A stretch of DNA of 64,000 nucleotides, from positions 89,156,001 to 89,220,000 of the forward strand of contig NC_091985.1 of assembly GCF_044704955.1 (NCBI RefSeq). The letters run 5' to 3'. Under the pieces are notes generated by a model, which worked only from the letters and a program-made list of their open reading frames with translations, was not told the DNA's origin and ran no database searches. Shown piece after piece: positions 1-13,589 of this stretch. Source of the stretch: Pristiophorus japonicus (taxonomy: Eukaryota). The number at the start of each line of letters is the position of its first letter. Positions within the stretch are counted from its first letter, which is position 1. The position numbers were made by a program, and so were the translations under genes.

Positions 1-132
1 TGTGGTTCAGTTGTTTGCCTTGGTGTCTCTTTTTCTTTGGGTGTGGTTGCTGGTATCTCGCCTGGGCTGTCTGTTTTGATTGGTGTGATTGTTGTTGACT
101 CACCTGGGCTGTCTGTTGGGATTGCCCTTTCC

Positions 133-3100
133 TCAGGTTGTTCCCTCTGTCTGTCCACCAGGTGTGGTGCGAGTTCCACATTGTAGTCTGCCTCTGGTTC
201 CACAGTGTTGTTGGTAAATCTGCTTTTGACTTGGTCTACATGCCTCCGGCAGGTTTTGCCATTGTCCATTTTTCCTACCAGTAGCCTGTTTCCTTCCTTG
301 CCTGTTACTGTCCCTGCAAGCCATTTGGGACCCCTGCCATAGTTTAGTACAAACACTTTGTCCCCTATCTCATTCCATCTCCCCCTCGAATTTCTGTCAT
401 GGTACTCAGTCAGCTTACGGCGCTTTGCCTCAACGATTTCGTGCATGTCTGGGAGGATTAATGAGAACCTTGTTTTTAAAGTCCTTTTCATCAACAGTTG
501 CGCGGGGGGGGATCCCAGTCAATGAGTTCGGACGAGATCTGTATGCCAGCAACAGTCGCGACAGGTGACCCTGCAGCGTGGGACCTTGGATTTTAAGCAT
601 GCCTTGTTTAATGATTTGCACTGCTCTCTCTGCCTGGCCGTTGGTGGCCGGCTTGACGTGATTTATGCCGTGGTCAATTATAAAGTCTTGGAATTCTGCG
701 CTGGTGAAGCACGGACCATTGTCACTGAACAATATGTCAGGGATTCCGTCATTGCAAACATGGTTGCGAGGCTCTCCACAGTGGTGGAGGTTGTGCTCGA
801 GTTTAAAATGGTGCATTCTATCCACTTTGAAAATGCATCTATAACTACGAGGAACATTTTGCCCATGAATGGGCCCGCATAGTCTACATTTGGTAGGCCA
901 GGGCCAGGGGCTCAGTGGAGCCTTCCTGGGGGCATTGCTGAGTTGGGCACAAATGGTGCACCTTCGGACGCAGAGCTCCAGGTCCGCGTCAATACCAGGC
1001 CACCAGACGTGGGATCTGGCTATGACCTTCATGAGAACGATCCCCAGGTGCTCGCAGTGGAGCTCCCGGACAAATGCCTCTCTGCCTCGCAGAGGCATGA
1101 CTACTCAGCTGCCCCACATCAGGCAGTCTGCTTGTAGTGATAGCTCATGCATGCGCCTGTGAAAGGGTTTTAATTCCTCAGGGCAGGCATCGCGAGCCTC
1201 TGCCCAGTCACCGGTTAGGAAACATCTTTTTACTAAGGATAACGCGGGGTCGCTGGCCGTCCAGTCTCTGATTTGGCGAGCCGTCATGGGCGAACCTGTG
1301 GACTCAAAGGCATTGATTGCCATGACTATCTCACAGTCCTGTTCGTCAGACCCTTCCGTGGTCGCATGGGGTAGCCTGCTGAGCGCGTCGGCACAGTTGT
1401 CTGGGCCTGGTCTGTGCCTTATGGTATAGTCGTAGGACGCCAGCATGAGTGCCCACCGTTGAATTCGCGCCGAGGCGTTGGCGGTTATTGCCTTGCTCTC
1501 AGATAGGAGGGACGTGAGGGGCTTGTGGTCGGTTTCTAACGTGAACTTGGCCCCGAAAAGGTATTGGTGCATCTTTTTGACACCGTACACGCACGCGAGC
1601 GCCTCCTTCTCTACCATTCCGTACCCGCGCTCCGCCCGCGAAAGTGACCTGGAGGCATAAGCTATGGGTTGTAATTTGCCCGCACTATTGACATGTTGCC
1701 AAACGCACCCGACCCCATATGCTGACGCATTGCATGTGAGAACTAGCTTTTTACCTGGATCAAAGAAAGTCAAAACACTGTTGGAACACAGAAGGTTGCA
1801 TGCCTTATTGAAGGCGGGTTCCTGGGCGTCCCCCCAAAACCAATCGCACCCCTTTCTGAGTAGCATGTGGAGTGGTTCCAGCAGCGTGCTTAAGTTCTGC
1901 ATAAAGTTCCCAAAGTAATTGAGTAGCCCGAGAAAGGCGCGCAGTTCTGAGACATTCCGGGGCCTGGGTGCCAGGCGAATTGCTTCTATTTTGGACTCTG
2001 TTGGGCGGATTCCATCAGCGGCAATCCTTCTGCCCAAAAATTCAACCTCGGGTGCGAGAAACAGGCACTTGGATTTCTTAACTCGTAGGCCTACCCGATC
2101 CAACCACTTTAGTACTTCCTCCAAATTACGGAGATGGGAGTCGGTGTCCCTGCCCGTGATAAGTATGTCGTCTTGAAATACAACCATCCCCGGGATGAAA
2201 TTGAGCAGACTCTCCATGTTGCGCTGGAATATGGCAGCTGCCGACCTGATGCCGAATGGGCATCAATAGTACATGAAAAGGCCTCGATATGTGTTGATGG
2301 TGGTGAGTAGCTTGGATTCCTCGGTCAATTCTTGCGTCGTAAACGCAGATGTGAGGCCTAATTTTGAGAAAAGTTTACCTCCAGCCAATGTGGCAAATAA
2401 GTCATCCGCTCTGGGCAGCAGGTACTGGTCCTGTAGGGAGACTCTGTTTATAGTAGATTTGTAGTCCCCACAGATTCGTACGGATCCATCAGGCTTCATG
2501 ACTGGGACGATGGGACTTGCCCAGTCGCTAAATTTCACAGGTGGTATAATGCCTTCCCGCAGAAGCCTATCTAGTTCGTGTTCAATCTTTTCCCTCATCA
2601 CATAGGGTACAGCTCTGGCCTTGTGATGGACCGGTCTAGCATCCTGTGTGATGTAGATTTTGACTTTGGCCCCTTTGAAAGTGCCCACACCTGGCTGAAA
2701 GAGATGTTCAAATCGCTTTATAACTGTTGAGCAGGAGGTCCGTTCCTCTAATGACATGGCATGGACATCATCCCATTTCCAGTTTAGTTTTACCAGCCAG
2801 CTTCTCCCCAGCAGTGCTGGGGGGTCTCCGGGGACAATCCACAGGGGAAGTCGGTTCACTGTCTCTTTGTGTGTGACAGTGAGCATGGCGCTGTCGAGGA
2901 CTGGTACGATTTCTTTGGTATAGGTCCTTAGTGTGGTGTCGACCCTTGTGAGTTTTGGTCTGTCTCTTTTATGCGGCCACAGTTGTTCAAATTGTTGAGC
3001 GCCCATGAGAGATTGACTCGCTCCCGTATCCAGCTCCATGTTGACAGATATCCCGTTGAGTAGGACCCTCATCATTATAGGAGGCGTCCTGTTGTAGGAG

Positions 3101-3318
3101 CAGCGGCCATTGATCGTGTTGACCCGCTGTACACCGGTGTCCCGGGTACTGTCCCCACCATCTTCTGGTCCGCTTTCCGACCCATCCGATTCGTATACCA
3201 GCCGAGCTGCCGTTTTTTTGCACATGTGGGCCAAATGCCCTGTATATTCACAATTTCTGCAAACAGCTTGCTGAAATCGACATCCCTTGCTGACTGCCCA
3301 CCCCCACACCCCCAGCAC
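133..3318 (-). pseudogene. pol: pol of element 1 (PR-RT-RNaseH-IN), disrupted by stops and frameshifts
   Basis: ORF pieces 2263-3318, 1105-2217, 678-866, 430-1098 and 133-324 carry the successive domains. Confidence 0.9.
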
Positions 3319-4106
3319 AGACCTGTTCCATTGTTCAAAGAGTTTCCAAAGAATGAGCTGCGTCTGGCTGATCTCTCTTGAGCTTCTCTCAGTTTGTAGT
3401 TGATTGCTCTCATTGTGGGTTGATGAGGTGTGAACGGCCGTTCCTGTGGCCCTTGATGGCTTCTGCCTGCAGTCGAGAGCCTGTTCTCCCGGTTTTGTCT
3501 GTGTGTCGGGGTAGCAGCTTGTTTAGTGCTGTGATCTTCTTCTTCCGATATTTCGTTAGTTGTTGTACCTGCATTGTAAATCAACCTCGTTTCTTCTTCC
3601 CCTACCAAGAATGTCTGTGCAACCAGTGCTGCTGCCTCTAAGGTCAGGTTCTTGGTCTCTATGAGCTTTCGGAATATGCCTGCGTGGCCTATTCCTTCAA
3701 TGAAAAAGTCTCTCAGCATTTCTCTCCTCAGTTCATCGGAGAACTCACATAAACTAGCCAACCTCCGAAGTTTCGCCACGAAGTCGGGTATGCTCTGGCC
3801 CACACAGCGTCTGTCATTGTAGAACCTGTGTCTGGCCATGTGTCGGCTGCTCACTGGCTTCAGGTGGTCGCTTACCAGTGTGCTCAATTCTTCAAACGAC
3901 TTGCTTGCTGGTTTCTCGGGTGCCAACAGATCCTTCATTAAAGCGTATGTTTTTGAACCACAGCTGGTCAAGAGATGGACTTTTCTCTTGTCTGCCTTAT
4001 CTTCGCCTAACCAGTGTTTGGTTACAAAGCTTTGCTGGAGCCTTTCTATAAAGACCTCCCAATTGTCTCCCGCATTGTACTTTTCATCTGATCCGTTGTT
4101 CGCCAT
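3075..4106 (-). pseudogene. gag: gag of element 1; frameshift in the Zn-knuckle region (C-rich tract about 3297-3313) separates it from pol
   Basis: Typical Mag-like Gag (WEVFIERL, ARHRFY, LRDFFIEGI). The CCHC knuckle continues in the next frame (CRNCEYTGHLAHMC). Confidence 0.88.
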
Positions 4107-4141
4107 TCTGTGGATTCTGTAATCCCTTAACTCGTCACCAC

Positions 4142-4389
4142 TGTAAAGTCCTGTCCCCTCAGTACAGATTCACACGAGGCATGTAGTGAAGTCAAGGTCA
4201 CTCTGGACCTGCACCTTTATTTCACAGCTCTGGAATGCTGCACTTGCCTGAGACCTGCCCTTATAAACCTGTCTCTTGCAAGTGCACCCCTGGTGGTAAG
4301 GTATGCTGATGGTTACAGGTCATATCTTATTACAGTCATGTATAGCATGTTGGGATACAGTTATATATAATAATGTAAGATACATGACA
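4142..4389 (-). repeat. 5' LTR of Gypsy element 1 (248 bp)
   Basis: Minus strand TGTCATG...CTTTACA with TATA-like TTTATAA and AATAAA; followed after 1 nt by PBS TGGTGACGAG (4140-4131). Confidence 0.88.
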
Positions 4390-5181
4390 GGTATCACTAC
4401 CTTTTATAACTTAATGTAGTCATCTTGCCATTTATAAATGTGTTTCTGTAGTTTTAGCCAGCAATTACCCCTTTCAAACATCCTACCACTGTTTTGCTAC
4501 CCAACAGTAAACACAGTATAGACAGGCTGTAGTTCCACTGGCTTATCTGGAAAGAATACAAATTTGGTAGTATCTATCTTTTTGTGCAAGGGCTAAATTT
4601 CTGACGAAAGATCCATATATACTTTTTACTTTTCAGCATTTGCTATACTATGTATTTCCAGCTGTGAGTTGTGTAGTCCGAGAGGTCAGAAGAATGTGGA
4701 GTTTAGCCGCAGCAGGAGTCCAGCCTCAGAGAGTGTTGAGCCTTGAGGTGCCATTGGGCAAGATTTCTTTTCTGTTTTCCCAAAATGAATACTTCTGTGA
4801 AATAAATAAGGAGACTTTGATTCTTGTAAGAGTTTATGGCTAGTGGGGGTTCAGGCTAACACTATCCATATTTATTAAAGTAAAAACAAAGTGATGGCAG
4901 TGCAGGGAACCCTCATGTTGTGTGTGGCGTGCAATATATAGGCCATCATGAGTTTTCAGTGAATCTAAGGACATCATATTTGCACTATGTGTCAGAAGAT
5001 TGAGTTGCTGAAACAGAGGATCTCTGTGCTCGAGCATTAAGAGGACAAACTCCATAGCATCAGAGAAGACGAGGGGTTTCTGGATCGTGCCCTCCAGAGT
5101 GTAGTTACTGAAGATAATGACTGTGGTCAAAGTGGGGAATGTTATTCACAATGCAACCAGAACTGGTTTCTATACCAGCAT

Positions 5182-5757
5182 GGGGGTGAAATTGGACCCC
5201 ATTGTGCCTATTTTATGGCAAAAAAAAACAATTTTGCTGGGCTATGTCTCACGCCTGAAAGTATTTACAATGCAATATTGCATCAGCTGATATTTTGCCG
5301 GCCACGTCACATTTGCATTAGGCCCTTGCTTATGCTAATGAGGGTCAATTGACTGTTTCACAACCCCACTCCAAAATGAAGCTGTTGGCATGCTCTGCTC
5401 AGTTATTCGGTTTGTTCTGCTGCCTAACCAGCGATCCTTAAAGGGACTAATGCCAACAAAACAGAAAGTTTTTTCTTTTTAACTTAGCTTAATGTGGAGC
5501 CAGGTGATGCAGGAGTGCACCTCCTGGCTCCATAGCAACACCTCGGGCACCGCGGGCCTGCACTTCTTCCATTCACTGTGTCTACCTGTCCGCCCCGCCA
5601 AGGGCTTGCATGAGAGCCACTGCCAGCATCGCAGCCGGCCCACGTGAATCAGGAGTATTGGGATTTGGGATGAGGCTCTGCCCTTCAGTTTCTAGCGCAC
5701 TATCAAACGTGTCATCAATATTGCGCCCGAAAACAGGCCTAAACTAATTTATCCCAC
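5182..5757. mobile_element. Non-autonomous Harbinger-like element (MITE)
   Basis: Degenerate TIRs GGGGGTGAAATT / rc GTGGGATAAATT; flanks CAT/TAT; interrupts the old CR1 sequence. Confidence 0.55.
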
Positions 5758-5856
5758 TATGTTTCTAGTCCAACAAAGAAAGAAGCACTGTTTAAGTTAA
5801 GTGAAGTGCAGCAAATAACGGATGTGAATGTTCGAAAAACAATTGGAAATAGTGAC

Positions 5857-6070
5857 TGTTATGTATTTAACCCTTTGTAACTTGCATTACACCTGACCAC
5901 CAGAGGGCCTACCTGTTGGAGTCCCAAGGGATACCAGCATCCTTTGGGAGCATTGTATATAAGCAGGCCACCCACGAGGTACCTGCACTCTGGAACCTAA
6001 TAAAGGAGCTAAGGTCACACTTGCGCATTACACACCGTACTCAGTCTCACCATTTATTATGAGCATAACA
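5857..6070 (+). repeat. 5' LTR of element 2
   Basis: Direct repeat of 13376-13589 (11 substitutions counted by eye); TATATAA and AATAAA present. Confidence 0.96.
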
Positions 6071-8403
6071 ATTGGCGATGAGGTAATGAACAACCGCGCG
6101 GAAATGCAAAGAACAGTCGGTATCCTGGAGAAGTTCTCAGAAGGGGACGATTGGGAGGCCTTCGTGGACAGACTCGACCAATACTTCATGGCCAACAAGA
6201 TGGAAGGGGACAAGAACACAACCAAACGAAGGGCGATCCTCCGAACTGTCTGTGGGACAACAACCTATGGCCTCATGAAGAATCTCCTAGCCTCGGCTAA
6301 ACCAACAGAGAAATCCTACGAAGAATTGTGTATGCTGGTCCGGGAGCAGCTAAATCCTAAGAAAAGCGTTTTGATGGCGAGATATCGGTTCTACACGTGT
6401 CAACGATCGGAGGGCCAGGAAGTGGCGAGCTATGTCGCCGAACTAAGACATTGTGAGTCTGAGTGATTCCTCGAACAAATGCTCAGAGACTTTTTTGTAC
6501 TGGGCATCGGGCATGAGACAATCCTTCGCAAACTGTTGACTGTAGAAACTCCAAATCTGAGTAAAGCCATAACGATAGCCCAGGCATTTATGTCCACCAG
6601 CGACAACACCAAGCAGATTTCGCAGAACAAAGAAGTTTCAGCCAGTACTGTGCATAAAGTAACTTTGGTTTTGAGCAGAAATGTACATGGCAGTATGTAC
6701 ACACTGGCTGCTGTGGCCCGACCTCAATTGACCCAGAGTCCACCATCATCGATTAATGCGAGGCAGTTAACACCCTGTTGGCGCTGCGGAGGTGATCATT
6801 GGCCCCATCAATGCCACTTTACACACTATGCGTACAATGGTTGCAGAACAATGGGACACCTCCAACGAATGTGCAGACAAGCTGCAAACCCTGCAAACCA
6901 CCAAGTTGCAGAGGAACATCGATCCACAGTGGATCAGACTGAGTTGGAAACTCATATGGAGGAGGCAGAAGTGTACGGGGTATATACATTCATGACGAAA
7001 TGCCCACCAATAATGTTGAAAGTTGAACTGAACAACAGTCCAGTATCTATGGAGCTGGACACGGGGGCAAGTCAGTCCATAATGAGTAAAAAGGCATTTG
7101 ACAGGCTGTGGGGAAAGAAGGCACACAGGCCCAAGCTCAGCCCCATTTACACAAAACTAAGGACTTGCACCAAGGAACTAATCCCTGTAATTGGCAGTGC
7201 TGAAGTCAAAGTCTCCTATGACGGAGCAGTACACGAACTCCTGCTGTGGATTGTGCCAGGGGATGGCCTCACGTTGTTTGGCAGAAGCTGGCTGGGGAAA
7301 ATCCGCTGGAACTGGGACGACATCTGAGCGCTCTCGTCCGTCAACAACGCCCCATGTACCCAGGTTTAAAGCAAGTTCCCATTGTTCTTCGAGCCAGGCA
7401 TTGGAAGCTTCTCGGGGGCGAAAGTGCAGATCCATTTGGTTCCCAGTACACGACCCATCCACCACAAGGCTTGGGCAGTACCGTACATGATGCGTGAAAA
7501 AGTGGAAATTGAGCTGGACAGGCTGCAACGTGAAGGCATCATCACGCTGGTGGAATTCAACGACTGGGCCGGTCTGATTGTCCCGGTACTCAAGGAGGAC
7601 GGTACGGTTAGAATTTGCGGGGACTTTAAATAACGATTAACCGTTTTTCGCTGCAGGACCAGTATCCGCTACCCAAGGCAGACGACCTATTTGTAACCCT
7701 GACTGGAGGGAAGACGTTCACCAAGCTGGACCTGACCTCGTCCTACATGACGCAAGAGCTGGAGGAGTCTTCGAAAGACCTCACCTGCATCAACACACAC
7801 AATGCGCACTGTTTATCTACAACCGGTGCCCGTTCGGGATTGGGTCGGCCGCGGCAATCTTCCAGCGGAACATGGAGAGCCTGCTAAAGTCAGTTCCTTG
7901 CACAGTGGTCTTCCAGGACAACATATTGGTTACAGGTCGGGACACCATGGAGCACTTGAAGAATCTGGAGCAGGTTCTTAGTCAGTTGGATCGCGTGGGG
8001 CTCAGGTTGAAATGCTCGAAGTGTGTTTTCCTGGCACAGGACGTCAAATTCTGAGGAAGGAGAATCGCAGCAGATGGCATCAGACCCACGGACGCCAAGA
8101 CGGAGGCCATCAAGAACGCGCCGCGACCACAGAACGTGATGGAGCTGCGGTCGTTCCTGAGACTCCTTAACTATTTTGGTATTTTCCTACCTGGGTTAAG
8201 CACCCTGCTAGAACCCCTACATGCGGAGACGACTGGGTATGGGGAAATTCACAAGCCGCTGCCTTTAAGAAAGCCAGAAATTTATTGTGTTCTAACAAAC
8301 TGCTTGTCCAGTATAATCCATGTAAACGATTAGTGTTAGCTTGCGATGCGTCGTCATATGGGGTCGGGTGTGTGTTACAACAGGCTATTGATTCGGGGAT
8401 TTT

Positions 8404-11400
8404 AGAACATAAGAACATAAGAATTAGGAACAGGAGTAGGCCATCTAGCCCCTCGAGCCTGCTCTGCCATTCAATAAGATCATGGCTGATCTGGTCGTGG
8501 ACTCAGCTCCACTTACCCGCCCTCTCCCCGTAACCCTTAATTCCCTTATTGCTTAAAAATCTATCTATCTTTGACTTGAAAACATTCAATGAGCCAGCCT
8601 CAACTGCTTCCTTGGGCAGAGAATTCCACAGATTCACCACCCTCTGGGAGAAGAAATTCTTTCTCAACTCGGTTTTAAATTGGCTCCTCCATATTTTGAG
8701 GCTGTGCCCCCTAGTTCTAGTCTCCCCCACCAATAGAAACAACCTCTCTGCCTCTATCTTGTCTATCCCTTTCATGATTTTAAATGTTTCTATAAGATCA
8801 CCCCTCATCCTTCTGAACTCCAAGGAGTAAAGACCCAGTCTACTCAATCTATCATCATAAGTTAACCCCTTCATTTCTCGAATCAGCCTAGTGAATCATC
8901 TCTGTACCCCTTCCAAAGCTAGTATATCCTTCCTTAAGTAAGGTGACCAAAACTGCACGCAGTACTCCAAGTGCGGCCTTACCAATACCTTATACAGTTG
9001 CAGCAACACCTCCCTGCTTTTGTACTCCATCCCTTTCGCAATGAAGGCTAACATTCCATTTGCCTTCCTGATCACCTGCTGCACCTGCAAACCAACCTTT
9101 TGGGATTAATGCACAAGGACCCCCAGGTCCCTCTGCACCACAGCATGTTGTAATTTCTCCCCATTCAAATAATATTCCCTTTTACTGTTTTTTTTCCCAA
9201 GGTGGATGACCTCACACTTTCCGACATTGTATTCCATCTGCCAAACCCTAGCCCATTCGCTTAACCTATCCAAATCTCCTTGTAGCCTCTCTGAGTCCTC
9301 TACACAACCCGCTTTCCCACTAATCTTAGTGTCATCTGCAAATTTTGTTGCACTACACTCTGTCCTCTCCTCTAGGTCATCTATGTATATTGTAAACAGT
9401 TGTGGTCCCAGCACTGATCCCTGTGGCACACCACTAACCACTGATTTCCAACCAGAAAAGGACCCATTTATCCCGACTCTCTGCTTTCTGTTCGCCAGCC
9501 AATTCTCTATCCATGCTAATACATTTCCTCTGACTCAACGTACCTCTATCTTCTGCAGTAACCTTTTGTGTGGCACCTTATCGAATGCCTTTTGGAAATC
9601 TAAATACACCACATCCATCGGTACACCTCTATCCACCATGCTCGTTATATCCTCAAAGAATTCCAGTAAGTTAGTTAAACATGATTTCCCTTTCATGAAC
9701 CCATGCTGCGTCTGCTTGATTGCACTATTCCCATCTAGATGTCCCGCTATTTCTTCCTTAATGATAGTTTCAAGCATTTTCCCCACTACAGATGTTAAAC
9801 TAACCGGCCTATAGTTACTTGCCTTTTGCCTGCCCCCTTTTTTAAACAGAGGCGTTACATTAGCTGCTCTCCAATCCGCTGGTACCTCCCCAGAGTCCGG
9901 AGAATTTTGGTAGATTATAACGAATGCATCTGCTATAACTTCCGCCATCTCTTTTAATACCCTGGGATGCATTTCATCAGGACCAGGGGACTTGTCTACC
10001 TTCAATCCCATTAGTCTGTCCAGCACTACCTCCCTAGTGATAGTGATCATCTCAAGGTCCTCCCTTCCCACATTCCTATGACCAGCAATTTTTGGCATGG
10101 TTTTTGTGTCTTCCACTGTGAAGACGGAAGCAAAATAATTGTTTAAGGTCTCAGCCATTTCCACATTTCCCATTATTAAATCCCCCTTTTCATCTTCTAA
10201 GGGACCAACATTTACTTTAGTCACTCTTTTCCGTTTTATATATCTGTAAAAGCTTTTACTATCTGTTTTTATGTTTTGCGCAAGTTTACCTTCGTAATCT
10301 ATCTTCCCTTTCTTTATTGCTTTTTTAGTCGTTCTTTGCTGTTGCTTAAAATCTTCCCAATCCTCTAGTTTCCCACTAACCTTGGTCACCTTATACGCAT
10401 TGGTCTTTGATTTGATACTTTCCTTTATTTCCTTGGTTATCCACGGCTGGTTATCTCTTCTCTTGCCGCCCTTCTTTTTCACTGGAATATATTTTTGTTG
10501 CGCATTATGAAAGAGCTCCTTAAAAGTCCTCCACTGTTCCTCAATTGTGCCACCGTTTAGTCCTTGTTTCCAGTCTACTTTAGCCAACTCTGCCCTCATA
10601 CCACTGTAGTCCCCTTTGTTTAAGCATAGTACGCTCATTTCTGACACAACTTCCTCATCCTCAATCTGTATTACAAATTCAACCATATTGTGATCACTCA
10701 TTCCGAGAGGATCTTTTACGAGGAGATCGTTTATTTTTCCTGTCTCGTTACACAGGACCAGATCCAAAATGGCTTGCTCCCTTGTAGGCTCTTTTACATA
10801 CTGTTCTAAGAAACAATCCCGTATGCATTCTATGAATTCCTCCTCCAGGCTACCCCCTGCGATTTGATTTGACCAATCGATATGTAGGTTAAAATCCCCC
10901 ATAACTACTGCCGTACCTTTTTCACATGCCTCCATTATTCCCTTGATTATTGCCCGCCCCACCATGAAGTTATTATTTGGGGGCCTATAAACTACGCCGA
11001 CCAGTGACTTTTTCCCCTTACTATCTCTAATCTCCACCCACAATGATTCAACATTTTGTTCATTGGAGCCAATATCATCCCTCACAACTGCCCTGATATC
11101 ATCCCTTATTAACAGAGCTACCCCACCTCCCTTCCCTTCCTGCCTATCTTTCCGAATCGTCAGTTACCCCTGTACGTTTAATTCCCAGTCCTGGCCACCT
11201 TGCAACCATGTTTCTGTAATGGTCACCAAATCATACCCATTTGTAATGATTTGTGCCGTCAACTCATTTACTTTATTTCTAATGCTACGTGCATTTAGGT
11301 AGAGTGTTTTCATCCTAGTTTTTAAACCATGATTTTTAGTTTTTACCCCTCCTGCAGCCCTTTTATATTCAGTGGCCCTTTTTGTTTCTTGCCTTTGGTT

Positions 11401-11627
11401 TCTCTGACCTCCACTTTTACTCATCTCTTTTCTGTCTTTTGTTTTTGTCTCCTTTTTGTTTCCCTCTGTCTCCCTGTATTGGTTCCCATCCCCCTGCCAT
11501 ATTAGTTTAACTCCTCCCCAACAGCACTAGCAAACACTCCCCCTAGGACATTGGTTCCGTTCCTGCCCAAGTGCAGACCGTCCGGTTTGTACTGGTCCCA
11601 CCTCCCCCAGAACCTGTTCCAATTCCA
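8404..11627 (-). mobile_element. Young 5'-truncated CR1 LINE nested in Gypsy-2 RNase H
   Basis: Nearly intact ORF2 (APE: LYLNARS, GDFN, SDH; RT: GVPQGSVLGP, FADD), ORF1 esterase C-terminus (DGLHL), (TTCTTATG)n tail, possible TSD ATTTT (8399-8403 / 11628-11632). Confidence 0.95.
8503..11313 (-). pseudogene. CR1 ORF2 (AP endonuclease + reverse transcriptase), few in-frame stops
   Basis: ORFs 11164-11424, 9535-11085, 9106-9441, 8896-9090 and 8503-8874 are collinear ORF2 segments. Confidence 0.92.
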
Positions 11628-13375
11628 ATTTTGCAACCATTGCGTATGCATCCAAGAGTTTGTCCAAGGCCGAAAGGGCCTACAGCATGGTTGAAAAAGT
11701 GTCTCTGGCGTGTGTTTATGGGGTAAAAAAAAATGCACTGGTAATTATTTGGCCTCAAGTTCAAGCTTGAAACTGACCACAAGCCGCTCATATCGCTGTT
11801 CTCTGAGAGCAAAGGGATTAATACCAATGCCTCTGCCTGCATCCAAAAATGGGCGCTCATGCTGTCGGCATACAATTATGTAATCCACCACAGATCGGGC
11901 ACAGAGAACTGCGCAGATGCTCTCAGTCGGCTACCATTGCCCACCACTGGGGTGGAAATGACACAGCCAGCGGACTTGCTCATGGTCATGGAGGCATTTG
12001 AGAACGAGAAGTCCCCCATTACGCCAGATCAGGACTTGGACCAGCCAGGATTATTTACTGACCTTGGTAAAAAACTGTGTTCTCTATGGGAGCTGGTCCA
12101 GTGTCCCAGTGGAGATGCAGGAAGCGATTAAGCCGTTCCACAGATGCAAAGATGAGTTGTCCCTGCAGGCAGACTGTCTTTTGTGGGGCAATTGCGTGGT
12201 CTTGCCCAAGAAAGGCAGAGACACATTCATTTGCGAACTGCACAACACCCACCCAGTCATCGTAATGATGAAAGCCACAGCCAGATCTCGCGTGTGGTGG
12301 CCTGGCATCGACTCAGATTTAGAGTCATGCGTGCTCCAGTGCAACACTTGCTCTCAGTAGAGCAATGCACCCAGAGAGGCACTGCTAAGTTTGTGGTCGT
12401 GACCATCCAAACCGTGGTCAAGGATCCATGTTGACTATGCGGGCCCATTCCGAGGCAAAATGTTTTTGGTTGTCGTGGATTCTTACTCAAAATGGATTGA
12501 ATGTGCAATAATGTCTGTAAGCACATCCATGGCCATCATTGAAAGCCTACGACCCATGTTTGCCACGCACGGCTTGCCCGATGTCCTAGTCAGTGACAAT
12601 GGGCCGTGCTTCACCAGTTCAAGGAATTCATGACCCGCAACGGGATCAAACATGTCACATCTGCCCCGTTCAAGCCCGCATCCAACGGCCAGGCAGAACG
12701 GGCAGTTCAGACCATCAAGCATAGCTTGAAATGTGTGTCGGAAGGCTCCCTGCAGACCCAGTTGTCCCGAGTGCTGTTCAGCTACCGCACCAGACCCCAC
12801 TCACTCACCGGGATTCCCTCAGCTGAGCTGCTCATGAAAAGGCTGCTTAAAACAAGGCTCTCTTTTGTCCACCCTGATCTCCATGATCACGTGGAGGGCA
12901 AGCCGCATCAACAAAGTATGTACCATGACCGCGCAAATTTGTCACGCGATTTTGAGATCAATGATCCTGTGTTTGTGCTCAATTATGGACATGGTCCCAA
13001 ATGGCTCGCTGGCATGGCCACAGCCAAAGAGGGGACTAGGATGTTTCAGGTCAAACTGACCAATGGACAAACCCACAGAAAACATTTGGACCAAATCAAA
13101 TTGCAGTTCACCAACAGCTACGAACAACCCGAAGAGGATACCACTAACTTTGACCTTCCAACACACACACAAGTGGCAACTGACATCACGGTTGACCACG
13201 AATCCGAACTCATCATCCCCAGCAGCCTGACAAGGCCAGCTGCCCAACAGCCCAGTGAAGAACTGACCAACCCACCCACACCAGCATTTGTACCAAGACG
13301 ATCGACAAGGGAACGCAAAGCCCCAGATCGTCTCACCTTGTAAATAAGTGTACTGTTGACTTCACGGGGGAATGA

Positions 13376-13589
13376 TGTTATGTATTTAACCCTTTGTAAC
13401 TTGCATTACACCTGACCACCAGAGGGCCCACCTGTTGGAGTCCCAAGGGATCCCAGCATCCCTTGGGAGCACAGTATATAAGCAGGTCACCCACGAGGTA
13501 CCTGCACTCTGGAACCTAATAAAGGAGCTAAGGTCACACTTGCTCACTGCACACAGTACTCAGTCTCACCCTTTATTATGAGCATAACA
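13376..13589 (+). repeat. 3' LTR of element 2
   Basis: Preceded by PPT, followed by TSD GTGAC. Confidence 0.96.

Larger units (their letters stand above)
1..4389 (-). mobile_element. Ty3/Gypsy LTR retrotransposon 1 (Mag-like), 3' end outside window
   Basis: Minus-strand order is LTR, PBS, gag, PR (ELDTGAS), RT (FQDDILI), RNase H (TDHKPL, NCADALSR), IN (H..H..C..C, SDNGPCF, NGQAER). The 3' LTR is not reached. Confidence 0.96.
6104..13343 (+). pseudogene. gag-pol: gag-pol of element 2, multiple stops and frameshifts, RNase H interrupted by CR1
   Basis: Gag (DDWEAFVDRL), two Zn knuckles (CWRCGGDHWPHQC, xNGCRTMGHLQRMC), PR ELDTGAS, RT FQDN, RNase H ACDASSYGVG, IN SNGQAERAVQT. Confidence 0.92.
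5857..13589 (+). mobile_element. Ty3/Gypsy LTR retrotransposon 2 (Mag-like), full-length but decayed, with nested CR1
   Basis: 214-bp LTRs TG..CA, TSD GTGAC (5852-5856 and 13590-13594), PBS TGGCGATGAGG at 6073, PPT GGGGGAATGA at 13366-13375, gag-pol remnants. Confidence 0.97.

Noticed and set aside
1-4389. Endogenous retrovirus
   Set aside because: No env, short LTRs and Gypsy-type RT/IN motifs; the same applies to elements 2 and 3.
9206-9814. Antisense ORFs over CR1 and Gypsy coding regions
   Set aside because: Shadow frames of retroelement ORFs, recurring in every copy.
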